Both the position numbers and the translations under genes were made by a program. The notes under the pieces were generated by a model. The model was given only the letters and a program-made list of their open reading frames with translations. It searched no databases and was not told the origin of the DNA. 64,000 nt of DNA from Gammaproteobacteria bacterium (GTDB lineage: Bacteria > Pseudomonadota > Gammaproteobacteria > Steroidobacterales > Rariloculaceae), in contig DASVCR010000074.1 in NCBI GenBank assembly GCA_036381515.1, forward strand, positions 6,629 through 70,628, in the 5' to 3' direction. This document shows, piece after piece, positions 18,020 to 26,612 of this stretch; within the stretch, counting starts at the first letter, position 1; every line of letters starts with the position of its first letter.

Positions 18020-18096
18020 GAAAATCGTGTCAGACACCTTTTTCGCAGAAAAAGGTGTCTGACACGATTTTCAAGAAGGTGTCTGACACGATTTTC
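18020..18096. repeat. REP-like cluster: three copies of GAAAATCGTGTCAGACACCTT (one forward, two inverted), the first two forming an 18-bp perfect hairpin
   Basis: cgtgtcagacaccttttt (18026-18043), loop cgcag, aaaaaggtgtctgacacg (18049-18066). The third copy is at 18076-18096. Confidence 0.85.
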
Positions 18097-18174
18097 GGTT
18101 GCGCGACGCTTCTGTCGTGGACGATGATGACGGCGCTCCCCTTTGGGGACAAGAACAACGAGGAGGGGAACCGC

Positions 18175-19587
18175 ATGACCGCATTGACGAGGTGGCTTTG
18201 CGCCGCGCTCGCGGCATTGGCCGTGTCGGCCGCGCACGCACAAATCTCGCTGAACGGCGCGCGTATCGGCGCCGAGGACGTCGCCGCGCTCGCAGAGTTC
18301 TACCAGAAGGCGTTCGGTCTCGAGGAAGTGAACCGGCTCGAGTTCCCGGGGATGCTCGAGATCATGCTCGACTTCGGCGACACGGTCGACGCCGCGAAGG
18401 CAAATCCCGCGGCGGACGTCGTGATCATGACGCGCGAGTCAGACGATCTGGAGGATTCGGTCCCCCACCTGATCTTCAACGTCGCCGATGCGGCCGCCGT
18501 CGCCGCGGCGGTCGAGGCGGCCGGCGGCACGATGGACGGACCGCCGCGCGCGTTCGGCAATACGGGCATATTGATCGCGTTCGGCCGCGATCCGGCCGGC
18601 AACCGCTTCGAGCTGATCCAGGGGCTCGGCGGTCCGCAGGCGTCGGCGGGGCGAGGCACGCTCGAGCGGATCACCGTCCACGGCACGTCGCTCGAGGGCA
18701 ACCTCTCCGGCGACGACCCGAATCGCGAGGTCTTCGTCTACCTGCCGCCGAGCTACGCGTCGCAGCCGCAGCGCCGCTATCCGGTCGTCTACTTCCTGCA
18801 CGGGTACGGCGTCGGCGCGGAAGTCTACGCGAACCTGCTCGGCCTGCCCGACGCGATCGACCAGGCGATCGCGAACGGCGCGCGCGAGATGATCGTCGTG
18901 CTGCCGGATGCAAACACGGTCTACAACGGCAGCATGTACTCGAGCTCGCCGACGAACGGCGACTGGGAGGGCTTCGTCGCGAACGACCTCGTCGCGTACA
19001 TCGACGAGCACTACCGGACGATCCCGCGCGCGGAGAGCCGCGGGCTCGCCGGCCACTCGATGGGCGGCTACGGCACGCTGCGTATCGGCATGAAGCACCC
19101 GGGCGTGTTCGGCGCGTTGTACGCGATGAGCTCGTGCTGCCTGATGAACGCCGCGCCGTCGAAGGAGGCCGTCGAAGCGCAGATCGAGCGCACGAAGAAC
19201 GGCCGGCCGACGGAAGGCCGCGGCTTCGCGAACGTGCTGCTCGCGCAGGCCGCGGCGTGGGCGCCGAATCCGCAGAATCCGCCGCTTTACATCGACTGGC
19301 CGTACAAGGACGGCGAGCGGCAGCCGCTCGTCGAGGCGAAGTGGATCGCGAATTCGCCGCTCGCGCTGGTCGATCAGTACGTGCCGAGCCTGAAAAGCTA
19401 CCGCGCGATCGCCATCGACGTCGGCAACGCGGACGGCCTGCACGACAGCAACGTGCAGCTATCGGAGGCTTTGCGCCGGCTCGGCGTCGAGCACACGTTC
19501 GAGGTGTACGACGGAGATCACGGCAACCGCGTGGCGCAGCGCTTCCGGGAGAACGTGATGACGTTCTTCACGGAGCACCTCGAGTAG
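18175..19587 (+). CDS. Secreted VOC (glyoxalase-fold) domain fused to esterase-D/putative esterase family alpha/beta hydrolase
   Basis: ORF 18055..19587. ATG 18175 is preceded by GAGGAGGGG and gives a signal peptide (MTALTRWLCAALAALAVSAAHA). The VOC-like N-domain is followed by YPVVYFLHGYG...GLAGHSMGGYG, the esterase nucleophile elbow. Confidence 0.85.
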   Translation: MTALTRWLCAALAALAVSAAHAQISLNGARIGAEDVAALAEFYQKAFGLEEVNRLEFPGMLEIMLDFGDTVDAAKANPAADVVIMTRESDDLEDSVPHLIFNVADAAAVAAAVEAAGGTMDGPPRAFGNTGILIAFGRDPAGNRFELIQGLGGPQASAGRGTLERITVHGTSLEGNLSGDDPNREVFVYLPPSYASQPQRRYPVVYFLHGYGVGAEVYANLLGLPDAIDQAIANGAREMIVVLPDANTVYNGSMYSSSPTNGDWEGFVANDLVAYIDEHYRTIPRAESRGLAGHSMGGYGTLRIGMKHPGVFGALYAMSSCCLMNAAPSKEAVEAQIERTKNGRPTEGRGFANVLLAQAAAWAPNPQNPPLYIDWPYKDGERQPLVEAKWIANSPLALVDQYVPSLKSYRAIAIDVGNADGLHDSNVQLSEALRRLGVEHTFEVYDGDHGNRVAQRFRENVMTFFTEHLE

Positions 19588-19606
19588 CGCGGCTCGAGCC
19601 GGACGG

Positions 19607-19632
19607 CACCGCTCGCCTCGGCGCGAGCGGTG
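19607..19632 (+). terminator. 10-bp perfect GC-rich stem-loop 20 nt after the stop (no U-tract)
   Basis: caccgctcgc-ctcggc-gcgagcggtg read directly. Confidence 0.35.
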
Positions 19633-19836
19633 CGGCCGGCCGCCTCGATCCCGGCGACGCGCGCGAGATCGATGGCCTACTAGCGCGCGATATAGCGCCC
19701 CCCGCCGCAGCACGAAGCGGCACATAGCACCGTCGCCGCGGCCCTAGCAGGTAGCCCGCGGCTACTGACAGGCGGCCGTCGCCGACGACGATCGCGAGCC
19801 CGGTCGACGCGACGCTCGTACGACGCGCCGACCCTG

Positions 19837-21216
19837 TCAGCGGGAGCCGCCGGACCGCGAGTACGCGATCCGATAGATCACGCTCGCCTCGTCGTCGCTC
19901 AGGAGCAGTGAGCCGTCGCCGAGCTGGACGAGGCTCGACGGCCGCCCCCACGGCTCGCCGGCGTCGGTGATGAAGCCGACGAGGAAATCGACGTACTCGC
20001 CGGTCGGCACGCCGTTCTCGAGCGGCAGCCGCACGACCTTGTGCCCGGTGCGGTCCGCGCGGTTCCACGACCCGTGGAACACGGCGAACGCATCGCCGAC
20101 GTACTCCTCGGGGAACGCCGCGGCGCCCGAGCTCGGCCCGTAGAACAGGAAGCCGACCGCGGCCGAGTGCGCGCGGTACGGCACGTCCGGCGTCAGCGCC
20201 TTGCCGGCGAGATCCGGCCGCTCTCCGGCGTGGCGCGGGTCCTCGTGGTTGCCCATGTAGTACCACGGCCAGCCGTAGAAGCCGCCTTCCTGCACGCGTG
20301 TCGAGTAGTCCGGGACGATCTCGTCGCCGAGCCCGTCGCGCTCGTTGACGGTGCACCACACGTCGCCGTTGTCCGGATTCATGCCGAGCGCGACGCAGTT
20401 CCGGATCCCCGTCGCGTAGATTTTGCCTTCGGGCGCGACGACCTTCCCGTCTGCCGCGACGTCGAAGACGAGCACGTCGGCGCGTCGCGTCTCGTTGCCC
20501 CACGCGGCGCCGACGCCGTGCTCCGCTTCCCACGCCTCGATGCCGCCGGGCGGCGATTCCGGCATGTCCTCGGCGACGTTCGACTCCGAGCCGACCGAGA
20601 CGAACATGCGACGTCCGTCCGGCGAGAAGACGAGGTCGCGCGTGTAATGGCCGCGGCCCGTCGGCGCGAGCTCGGGCACGAGGACCTCGGGCTCGCCGGA
20701 CGCGGTCGTGTCTCCCGCCCGGTAGCGATAGCGGACGACGCGGTTGTTCTCCGCGACGTACAGCCACTCCGGGTTCTCGGCCGGGTAGAACTGCATGCCG
20801 AACGGCTGCGTCAGCCCTTCGGCGAAGATCGCGACGCTCTTGGCCGTGGCCCCGTCCGCGGACGGGCGCAGCACCCTGATCCGGCCGGGGCGCGTCTCCG
20901 CGACGAACACGTCGCCGTTCGGCGCGACGCGCATCACGCGCGGCCGCTCGACGTCGCGGGTGTAGACGTCGACCGTGAATCCTTGCGGCACCGTGAGCTC
21001 TGCGTCGTCCGGCCGCGGGACGATGCGCGGGAAATTCACGTTGGAGCCCGTCGCGAACGGCTCGGGCAGCGAGGACAAGTCTATTCGATGCACGCGGCCC
21101 GGCGCGTCGCGCTGCCAGTCGGGACCTGCGTCCTGGGCGGCGACGACGCTCGGGATGAGCATCACGGCGGCGACGGAGAGAAAGACGGCCGAAAGCGCGG
21201 AATATCTCAGCGACAT
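19837..21216 (-). CDS. PQQ-dependent sugar (glucose/sorbosone) dehydrogenase-like beta-propeller
   Basis: ORF 19837..21255(-), ATG at 21216 (MSLRYSALSAVFLSVAAVMLIPSVVAAQ). LTVPQGFTVDVYTRDVERPRVMRVAPNGDVFVAE is the typical SGDH N-terminal pattern. Confidence 0.85.
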   Translation of the reverse strand: MSLRYSALSAVFLSVAAVMLIPSVVAAQDAGPDWQRDAPGRVHRIDLSSLPEPFATGSNVNFPRIVPRPDDAELTVPQGFTVDVYTRDVERPRVMRVAPNGDVFVAETRPGRIRVLRPSADGATAKSVAIFAEGLTQPFGMQFYPAENPEWLYVAENNRVVRYRYRAGDTTASGEPEVLVPELAPTGRGHYTRDLVFSPDGRRMFVSVGSESNVAEDMPESPPGGIEAWEAEHGVGAAWGNETRRADVLVFDVAADGKVVAPEGKIYATGIRNCVALGMNPDNGDVWCTVNERDGLGDEIVPDYSTRVQEGGFYGWPWYYMGNHEDPRHAGERPDLAGKALTPDVPYRAHSAAVGFLFYGPSSGAAAFPEEYVGDAFAVFHGSWNRADRTGHKVVRLPLENGVPTGEYVDFLVGFITDAGEPWGRPSSLVQLGDGSLLLSDDEASVIYRIAYSRSGGSR

Positions 21217-21448
21217 GGTGTCCCCCGGGCGGTTCGTTCGACTCGTTTGCGGCATTTTCGCACGAAATCGGGTCGGACACCTTGCAGATCAGGATCGCGG
21301 GCCGGCTCGGAAGAGCCGGCCCACCTTGGCCAAGCGCTACCTCGCCTCGGAGGGAAGACGCCACGCCTCAGCCGAGCGCGGCCTCATTTGAGGACCGGCA
21401 CGCTGTTGAAGACAGGCACGCCGTCCCACCTGAAAAAGGCGCGCCGCC

Positions 21449-22339
21449 TCAGCCGAGGAACGGCACGCCGTGCAGCGCCTGCACGAACGTGAACGCGACG
21501 AGCCCGACGTAGCCCGCCGCGGCGACGATCAGCGCGGCGCGGGCGTTCGGCCGCCCGAGCGCGACGGCGAGCGCGCCGAGCGCGGGCAGCGCCTGCTGCG
21601 CATGCAGCGCGAAGAAGTGTGCGACGCGCAGGTCTCCGCCGGTGCGCGACCAGCCGAGAAGAGGCAGGCCGCCGGCATCGGTCGCGACGCCGCCGACCCA
21701 ATGTCCGCCGCTCGCGCCCAGATATCCCGCGGTGATCAGCGTTGCGCCGAACGCGATCACCGCTCCCGCGACGAGACCGAAACGCATCGCCGGCGCGATC
21801 GGCACCGCACGTTGCCGCGCGATCATGATGCCCTGCACGAGGATCGCTGCGATCAGCACGACAGCGCCGACGCCGGCCAGCCTGAAGGCCGCGAGCCAGA
21901 ACGGCGAGTCGTAGTTGAAGTGCGACGGAACGCCGTTCGCCGCCGCGAGCACGAGCCAAGACATCTCGTAGAAGCCGACCGCGAGCGGGGCGAGGACCAC
22001 GAAGCGTCCCGCGCGCGTTCGCTGCGACTCGCGGGGCAGGAAGCCGAAGGCCCATGCGAGCGTCGCGTAGTACACGGCGAGCGAGATGAAGAACTTCGTC
22101 GGCTTGATCCACACGTCGATGCCGTTCACGGTGCGCGCGTCGAACGGCATCGCGGCGAGCGTGACCGCCGCGCCGACGAGCGCGATCAGTGCTGCGGTCG
22201 CGAGCTTCGGCTGACGCTCGTGAAGCGCTGCGAAGGGCCGCGGCAGCCTCCTCGCGAGCACGGAGCGGTTTTCTTGCGCGCCGGCGCGTCCCGATGCGTC
22301 GCGGCTCGCGTCGAACGTCGTTTGGAGCAGGGTAGCCAT
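21449..22339 (-). CDS. Integral membrane protein, function unknown
   Basis: 296 aa with multiple hydrophobic helices. It is divergent from the TetR gene, with a shared operator region. Confidence 0.75.
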   Translation of the reverse strand: MATLLQTTFDASRDASGRAGAQENRSVLARRLPRPFAALHERQPKLATAALIALVGAAVTLAAMPFDARTVNGIDVWIKPTKFFISLAVYYATLAWAFGFLPRESQRTRAGRFVVLAPLAVGFYEMSWLVLAAANGVPSHFNYDSPFWLAAFRLAGVGAVVLIAAILVQGIMIARQRAVPIAPAMRFGLVAGAVIAFGATLITAGYLGASGGHWVGGVATDAGGLPLLGWSRTGGDLRVAHFFALHAQQALPALGALAVALGRPNARAALIVAAAGYVGLVAFTFVQALHGVPFLG

Positions 22340-22355
22340 GTCGAGCCTCCCAATG

Positions 22356-22410
22356 TAGACAGTGTCTAGTTAACATCGACGACGGTACGACTTAAACTAG
22401 ACACTGTCAA
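22356..22410. promoter_or_regulatory. Two copies of a 13-bp palindromic operator TAGACAsTGTCTA (likely TetR binding sites) in the divergent promoter region
   Basis: tagacagtgtcta is at 22356-22368 and tagacactgtcaa at 22398-22410. Together they form the 14-bp inverted repeat gacagtgtctagtt / aactagacactgtc. The local sequence is AT-richer. Confidence 0.7.
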
Positions 22411-22432
22411 GTAGAGATCCGAAGAGCGGACC

Positions 22433-23215
22433 ATGGGCACATCGAGAAAGCGTCCGAGCGGCGGACCACGCAAACGGCCGGAGCCGACGCCGAGGAAGGC
22501 CGCAGCGCGCAGGCCCAAGACCGCGGGCGCGCCCCGCGCGGCCGGCAAGCCGCGCGGCGCGGCGGGGAAATCATCCGCAGGAGCCGCGCGCCGGGGCGCG
22601 GCCGGCCCGTATCACCATGGCGACCTCCGCCGCGCGCTGCTCGCGGCGACGGAGGAGCTGCTCGAGACCGCGGGCGTCGAGGCGTTCACGCTGCGCGAGG
22701 TCGCGCGCCGTGCCGGCGTCTCGCACGGCGCGCCGGCCCACCACTTCGGCGACGTGCAGGGGCTCCTGTCCGAGTTCACCGCCGAGTCGTTCGCGGAGCT
22801 CGCGGCCGCGATGCGGCGCCGGCGCTCGCAGGCGCCGGCCGGCGCGTTCGACCAGCTCCGCGCGAGCGGCATCGCATACGTCGAGTACGCGGTCACGCAT
22901 CGCGCCCGCTTCCAGCTGATGTTCCGCAGCGACCGGCTCGACTGGAACCGCGCGTCTCTCGCGAGGTCGTCCGCCGACGCGTTCGGGCAGTTCGTCGAAT
23001 GCATGGACCGCGTGTGCCGCGAGGCCGGCGCGCCGCCGGAGCTCGATGCCGACAAGATCGCGCTCGCGTGGTCCACGGTGCACGGCTTCGCGACGCTGCT
23101 GATCGACAACCGAATGTTCGCGGAGATCGTCTCGGGCGGCGAGCTTGCCCGCGCGCTCGCCGCGCTCGGCCGAGTGCTCGATTCGACGCGGCCGGCCCTG
23201 GAGCGTCGCGAATAG
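22433..23215 (+). CDS. TetR/AcrR-family transcriptional regulator (long basic N-terminal tail; start uncertain)
   Basis: HHGDLRRALLAATEELLETAGVEAFTLREVARRAGVSHGAPAHHF is a canonical TetR HTH. Confidence 0.9.
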   Translation: MGTSRKRPSGGPRKRPEPTPRKAAARRPKTAGAPRAAGKPRGAAGKSSAGAARRGAAGPYHHGDLRRALLAATEELLETAGVEAFTLREVARRAGVSHGAPAHHFGDVQGLLSEFTAESFAELAAAMRRRRSQAPAGAFDQLRASGIAYVEYAVTHRARFQLMFRSDRLDWNRASLARSSADAFGQFVECMDRVCREAGAPPELDADKIALAWSTVHGFATLLIDNRMFAEIVSGGELARALAALGRVLDSTRPALERRE

Positions 23216-23324
23216 CGCTGCGCGACGCCCTGCGTGCGGGCCGTTTCCTCGCGGACGGCGGAATTGTCGCGGGCACCTTCGCCTGCTAACGTGAACTCGG
23301 ATCACTCCGCGGGGGGAGACGATC

Positions 23325-25400
23325 ATGGCCGACCAAGAACGTCACGAAACAAAGGCCGATCCCGCACGCGAGAAGGGCTTGAGCCGGCGAGATTTCGTAA
23401 GGAGCGGCGCGGCGGGTCTCGGCGCGGCCGCGCTGCTCGTCGGCGGCCCCGCCGCTGCGCAGAACGGCCCGACGAACGCGGCCGGCATCGAATGGGACTA
23501 CGAGGTCGACGTCGTCGTCGCGGGCGCCGGCTGCGCCGGGCTCACCGCCGCGATCCGCGCGCGCGACCTGGGCGCGAGCGTCCTCGTCGTCGAGCAGAAC
23601 TTCGACGTCGGCGGCCGCATGCTGCACAGCGGCTCGTTCATCTCGCTCGGCGGCGGCGACCCGGTGCAGCTTCGCGACATGAAGGGCGAGAGCGATCCGG
23701 AGGGCTTCATCACGATGCCGCCGGTCGAAGGTCCGGAGGAGCTCGACGACGACGTCGAGCTGCTCTTCAAGGACATCACGGACTGGTCGATCGTCGACCG
23801 CAAAGGCGCCACGCCTTACCGCTACAACGAGCCGGAGATGGTCCGCGCGTGGGCCGAGAACTGCCCTGCAACGCGCGAGTTCCTGATGCAGAACTACATC
23901 CGATTCGCGCGCATCAACGGCACGCACGCGGGCGGCGGCATGTCGCGTGCGCGCGGGTGCGTCTGCTTTCTGATGCTCGGCGACGAGACCGACATCAAGG
24001 CCGGCACGATCACGGCGGAGGACGCGGGCCTCGCAGACCCCGAGCGGACGAGCGCGTTCGCGCCGGTGCAGATGAACATCGCGTCGCGCTTCGTCGGCCC
24101 GGGCGCGGTCAGCAACGGCGTCGCACTCGCGCGCCCGCTCGAGTTCTCGGCGCGCGAAAAGGGCGTTCAGTTCATGCTGAACCGCCACTTCGACGAGCTG
24201 ATCCGCGAGCAGCCTTTCGCCGGCCGCGTGCTCGGCATCAAGGCGCACTACTCGCCGCGCTTCGATCCGGAGACGGGGCAACGCCTCGAGAGCTACTGGC
24301 AGAACGGCAACATCGACGAGCGGCGCGAGGTCGTCTACATCCGCGCGCGCAAGGCCGTGATCCTCGCGAGCGGCGGACACGCCGGCAATCCGCAGCTTCG
24401 CAGCATGTTCTACCCCGCGTTCCGCGAGCCCCTGTTCCCGACGAGCGGTTTCGCGCTGTTGGGGCCGCACTCGCAGGACGGCAGTGCGCTGATCGCGGGC
24501 CTGAAGATCGGCGCGAATCTCGCAGGCATGCAGCAGAATCCGTCCGGGCTCACGTATCACATCTCGACGCGCCTCGGCACGCGTGACGCGTACACCGGGA
24601 TGATGCCGGGGCACCCGACGTTCCCGTTCCGCGGCTCGAGCGGGCTAGACGTCGGCAACGCCGGCTTCGAGGAGTTCATCGCGGTGAATCAGGTCGGCAA
24701 GCGGTTCTTCAACGAGGTGCGCCTGCCGCTGCGAGCCGGCGGCGGCCAATATCCGGGCGGCGGCATCGCGCCGAACCGAGGCGTCGAGCACAAGCCGGGC
24801 GACTGGCGTAACTGCCGGCACGAGTGGCTGCAGACGACGTACAGCTACGACCACGGCCTCGAGGCCGCGCTCGCGATCAACGAAGGCTCGGAGCCGCCGC
24901 ATTACTATTCGGGGCCGCTCTGGGCGATCTTCGACCAGGCGGCCGTCGAGCGGGCCGGTTGGGAGCTGCGCTTTCCGTTCGTCGCGGACAACGGCTACTT
25001 CTTCAAGGCCGACACGATCGAGGAGCTCGCCCGCAAGATCGAGGCCGGAAACGAGTTCCAGCGCGTGCCGCTGAAGTATCTCGCGGAGACCGTCGCGACG
25101 TGGAACCGCTACGTCGACGAGGGCGCGGACCCCGAGTTCGAGCGCGAGGCCGATGCGCCGATGCATCGGATCGACACGCCGCCTTTCTACGCGCTTTCGA
25201 TCATGGCGGTCTGGCACGACTCGTACGGCGGGCTGCGCTGCAACGGGAAGCAGCAGGTCATCGATCTGCAGGGCCAGGTGATCCCGGGCCTCTACGCCGG
25301 CGGCGAGGCCGTCGGCGGCTTCAACAAGCACGGCCTCGGCAAGGGCCACGTGCATGGCTTCATCGCGGGCACGCACGCGGCGCAGGAGCCGGTTGCATGA
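23325..25400 (+). CDS. Tat-exported FAD-binding oxidoreductase (fumarate reductase/3-ketosteroid dehydrogenase-like flavoprotein)
   Basis: RBS GGGGGGAGA. Leader LSRRDFVRSGAAGLGAAALLV. Dinucleotide fold DVVVAGAGCAGLTAAIRARDLGASVLVVEQ. Confidence 0.9.
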   Translation: MADQERHETKADPAREKGLSRRDFVRSGAAGLGAAALLVGGPAAAQNGPTNAAGIEWDYEVDVVVAGAGCAGLTAAIRARDLGASVLVVEQNFDVGGRMLHSGSFISLGGGDPVQLRDMKGESDPEGFITMPPVEGPEELDDDVELLFKDITDWSIVDRKGATPYRYNEPEMVRAWAENCPATREFLMQNYIRFARINGTHAGGGMSRARGCVCFLMLGDETDIKAGTITAEDAGLADPERTSAFAPVQMNIASRFVGPGAVSNGVALARPLEFSAREKGVQFMLNRHFDELIREQPFAGRVLGIKAHYSPRFDPETGQRLESYWQNGNIDERREVVYIRARKAVILASGGHAGNPQLRSMFYPAFREPLFPTSGFALLGPHSQDGSALIAGLKIGANLAGMQQNPSGLTYHISTRLGTRDAYTGMMPGHPTFPFRGSSGLDVGNAGFEEFIAVNQVGKRFFNEVRLPLRAGGGQYPGGGIAPNRGVEHKPGDWRNCRHEWLQTTYSYDHGLEAALAINEGSEPPHYYSGPLWAIFDQAAVERAGWELRFPFVADNGYFFKADTIEELARKIEAGNEFQRVPLKYLAETVATWNRYVDEGADPEFEREADAPMHRIDTPPFYALSIMAVWHDSYGGLRCNGKQQVIDLQGQVIPGLYAGGEAVGGFNKHGLGKGHVHGFIAGTHAAQEPVA

Positions 25401-25478
25401 GCGTGAGCGCCGGCCCCCGGCGACGCACCGGGCCGGCCGTAACGGCCACGTGACGCACGCAGATCGGAGTGTCGTGAC

Positions 25479-26132
25479 ATGAGCTCTGACAGCGACGAGA
25501 AGGCGAGCCGCGACCACGCGAACCTGCACGCGAGAAGCATCGTCGTCTGGGACGTGCCGAGCGCGATCGAGCGCGGCGCGACGTTCAGCGTCAAGGTCGG
25601 CATCAAGTGCAGCGCCGAATGCGTGCCCGATACGTGGGTCTTCGGCATCCGCGATCACGAGGGACGCGTGCGCGCGTCGCGGCGCGTCGGCCCGGAGCCG
25701 TGGCCCGGCACGGCGGCGCTGTTCTACGCGGAAGCCGAGCTCGAGGCCCCTGCTTCGGAAGGACTCTTCGCGTGGGAAGCCTTCGCCCCGGCGATCGATG
25801 GCGACGGCGACGACGTCGGCCACGGCGACGCGTGCGCGAAATTCAGCGTCCGGGTCGTGCCCGCACCCGAGTGCCGCCTGACGGTCGTCGCGATCGACAA
25901 GGAAAGCCGGTCGCCGGTCGCGGGCGCGAAGGTCGTCGTGCACCCGTACCGCGCGATCACCGACGAGCGCGGCGTCGCGGAGCTTCGCGTGCCGAAGGGA
26001 CCGTTCCGCCTGTTCGTCAGCGGCCGCGACTACTTCCCGTTCCGCCACGACGCCGACGCGGTCGAGGACGTGACGGTGACGGCGGAGCTCGAAGCGGATC
26101 TCGGCCCGAGCGACGCGGAGCTTTGGTCCTGA
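25479..26132 (+). CDS. Hypothetical protein with Ig-like N-domain and carboxypeptidase-regulatory-like C-domain
   Basis: 217 aa with GC3 bias. C-terminal LTVVAIDKESRSPVAGAKVVVHPY...TDERGVAELRVPKGPFRLFVS. Confidence 0.7.
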   Translation: MSSDSDEKASRDHANLHARSIVVWDVPSAIERGATFSVKVGIKCSAECVPDTWVFGIRDHEGRVRASRRVGPEPWPGTAALFYAEAELEAPASEGLFAWEAFAPAIDGDGDDVGHGDACAKFSVRVVPAPECRLTVVAIDKESRSPVAGAKVVVHPYRAITDERGVAELRVPKGPFRLFVSGRDYFPFRHDADAVEDVTVTAELEADLGPSDAELWS

Positions 26133-26599
26133 TCGCGCGGCTCGCGGCGCTCTGCGTGACGCTCGCCGTCGTGTCCGGGCGGCTCCCGGCGGACGAGCCG
26201 GCGAGGGGCGAATCCGCGGGCGGGCTCGAAGCGTCGATCTGGGACGGTGTCTTCACCGACGCGCAGGCGCGGCGCGGCCGCGAGCTCTATCCCGGACCGT
26301 GCGGCAAATGCCACGGCAAGCGGCTCGACGGGGCGCCCGACGATCCCGACATGTTCTCGACGAAACCGATCGGCGGCCCGAAATTCCTGCGGAACTGGGA
26401 CGGCCGCTCGCTCGGCGTGCTCTTCGAGTACCTCCGCACGACGATGCCGGCGAACAATCCGGGCTTCCTGTCGGACGGCGAGTATGCGGACCTGCTCGCG
26501 TACATGCTCGCGGTCAGCGGCGCGCCGCCGGGGGAGGTGGAGCTTCCGCCGGACCCGAGCGCGCTCGCAGCGGTCGCCATCCGCAAGGCGCCGGACTGA
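26123..26599 (+). CDS. Mono-haem c-type cytochrome (start codon uncertain: TTG 26123, or GTG 26156)
   Basis: This is the C-terminal part of track ORF 25607..26599. It has a hydrophobic leader LVLIARLAALCVTLAVVSG followed by a CGKCHG haem-binding motif. Confidence 0.7.
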   Translation: MVLIARLAALCVTLAVVSGRLPADEPARGESAGGLEASIWDGVFTDAQARRGRELYPGPCGKCHGKRLDGAPDDPDMFSTKPIGGPKFLRNWDGRSLGVLFEYLRTTMPANNPGFLSDGEYADLLAYMLAVSGAPPGEVELPPDPSALAAVAIRKAPD

Positions 26600-26612
26600 C
26601 CGGCCGCACCGA

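Noticed and set aside
18020-18096. Possible CRISPR array from clustered short repeats (also at 36495-36578 and 45221-45366)
   Set aside because: The copies are in mixed orientation and form hairpins with each other. The spacers are only 5-40 nt, unequal and partly repeat-derived. There are at most about 5 copies and no cas genes. This behaves as REP/BIME-like, not CRISPR.
18055-18174. ORF starts translating as MSDTIFKKVSDTIF (also 36531.. MSDTFFRRKK, and 45166..45468, 45262..45486, 17944..18243)
   Set aside because: The repeated peptide reflects translation of the REP-like DNA repeat in both orientations, not a protein family. Real genes start downstream at ATGs with an RBS (18175, 36588).
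21255-21448. Partial echo of the 21449-22339 gene 3' end (cctcagccgag... repeated at about 21366 and about 21448) and ORF 21384..22376(-)
   Set aside because: The similarity is short (about 12 nt plus a few ggcacgc words). It is insufficient to call a duplication or pseudogene, and the ORF is an alternate frame of the membrane-protein gene.
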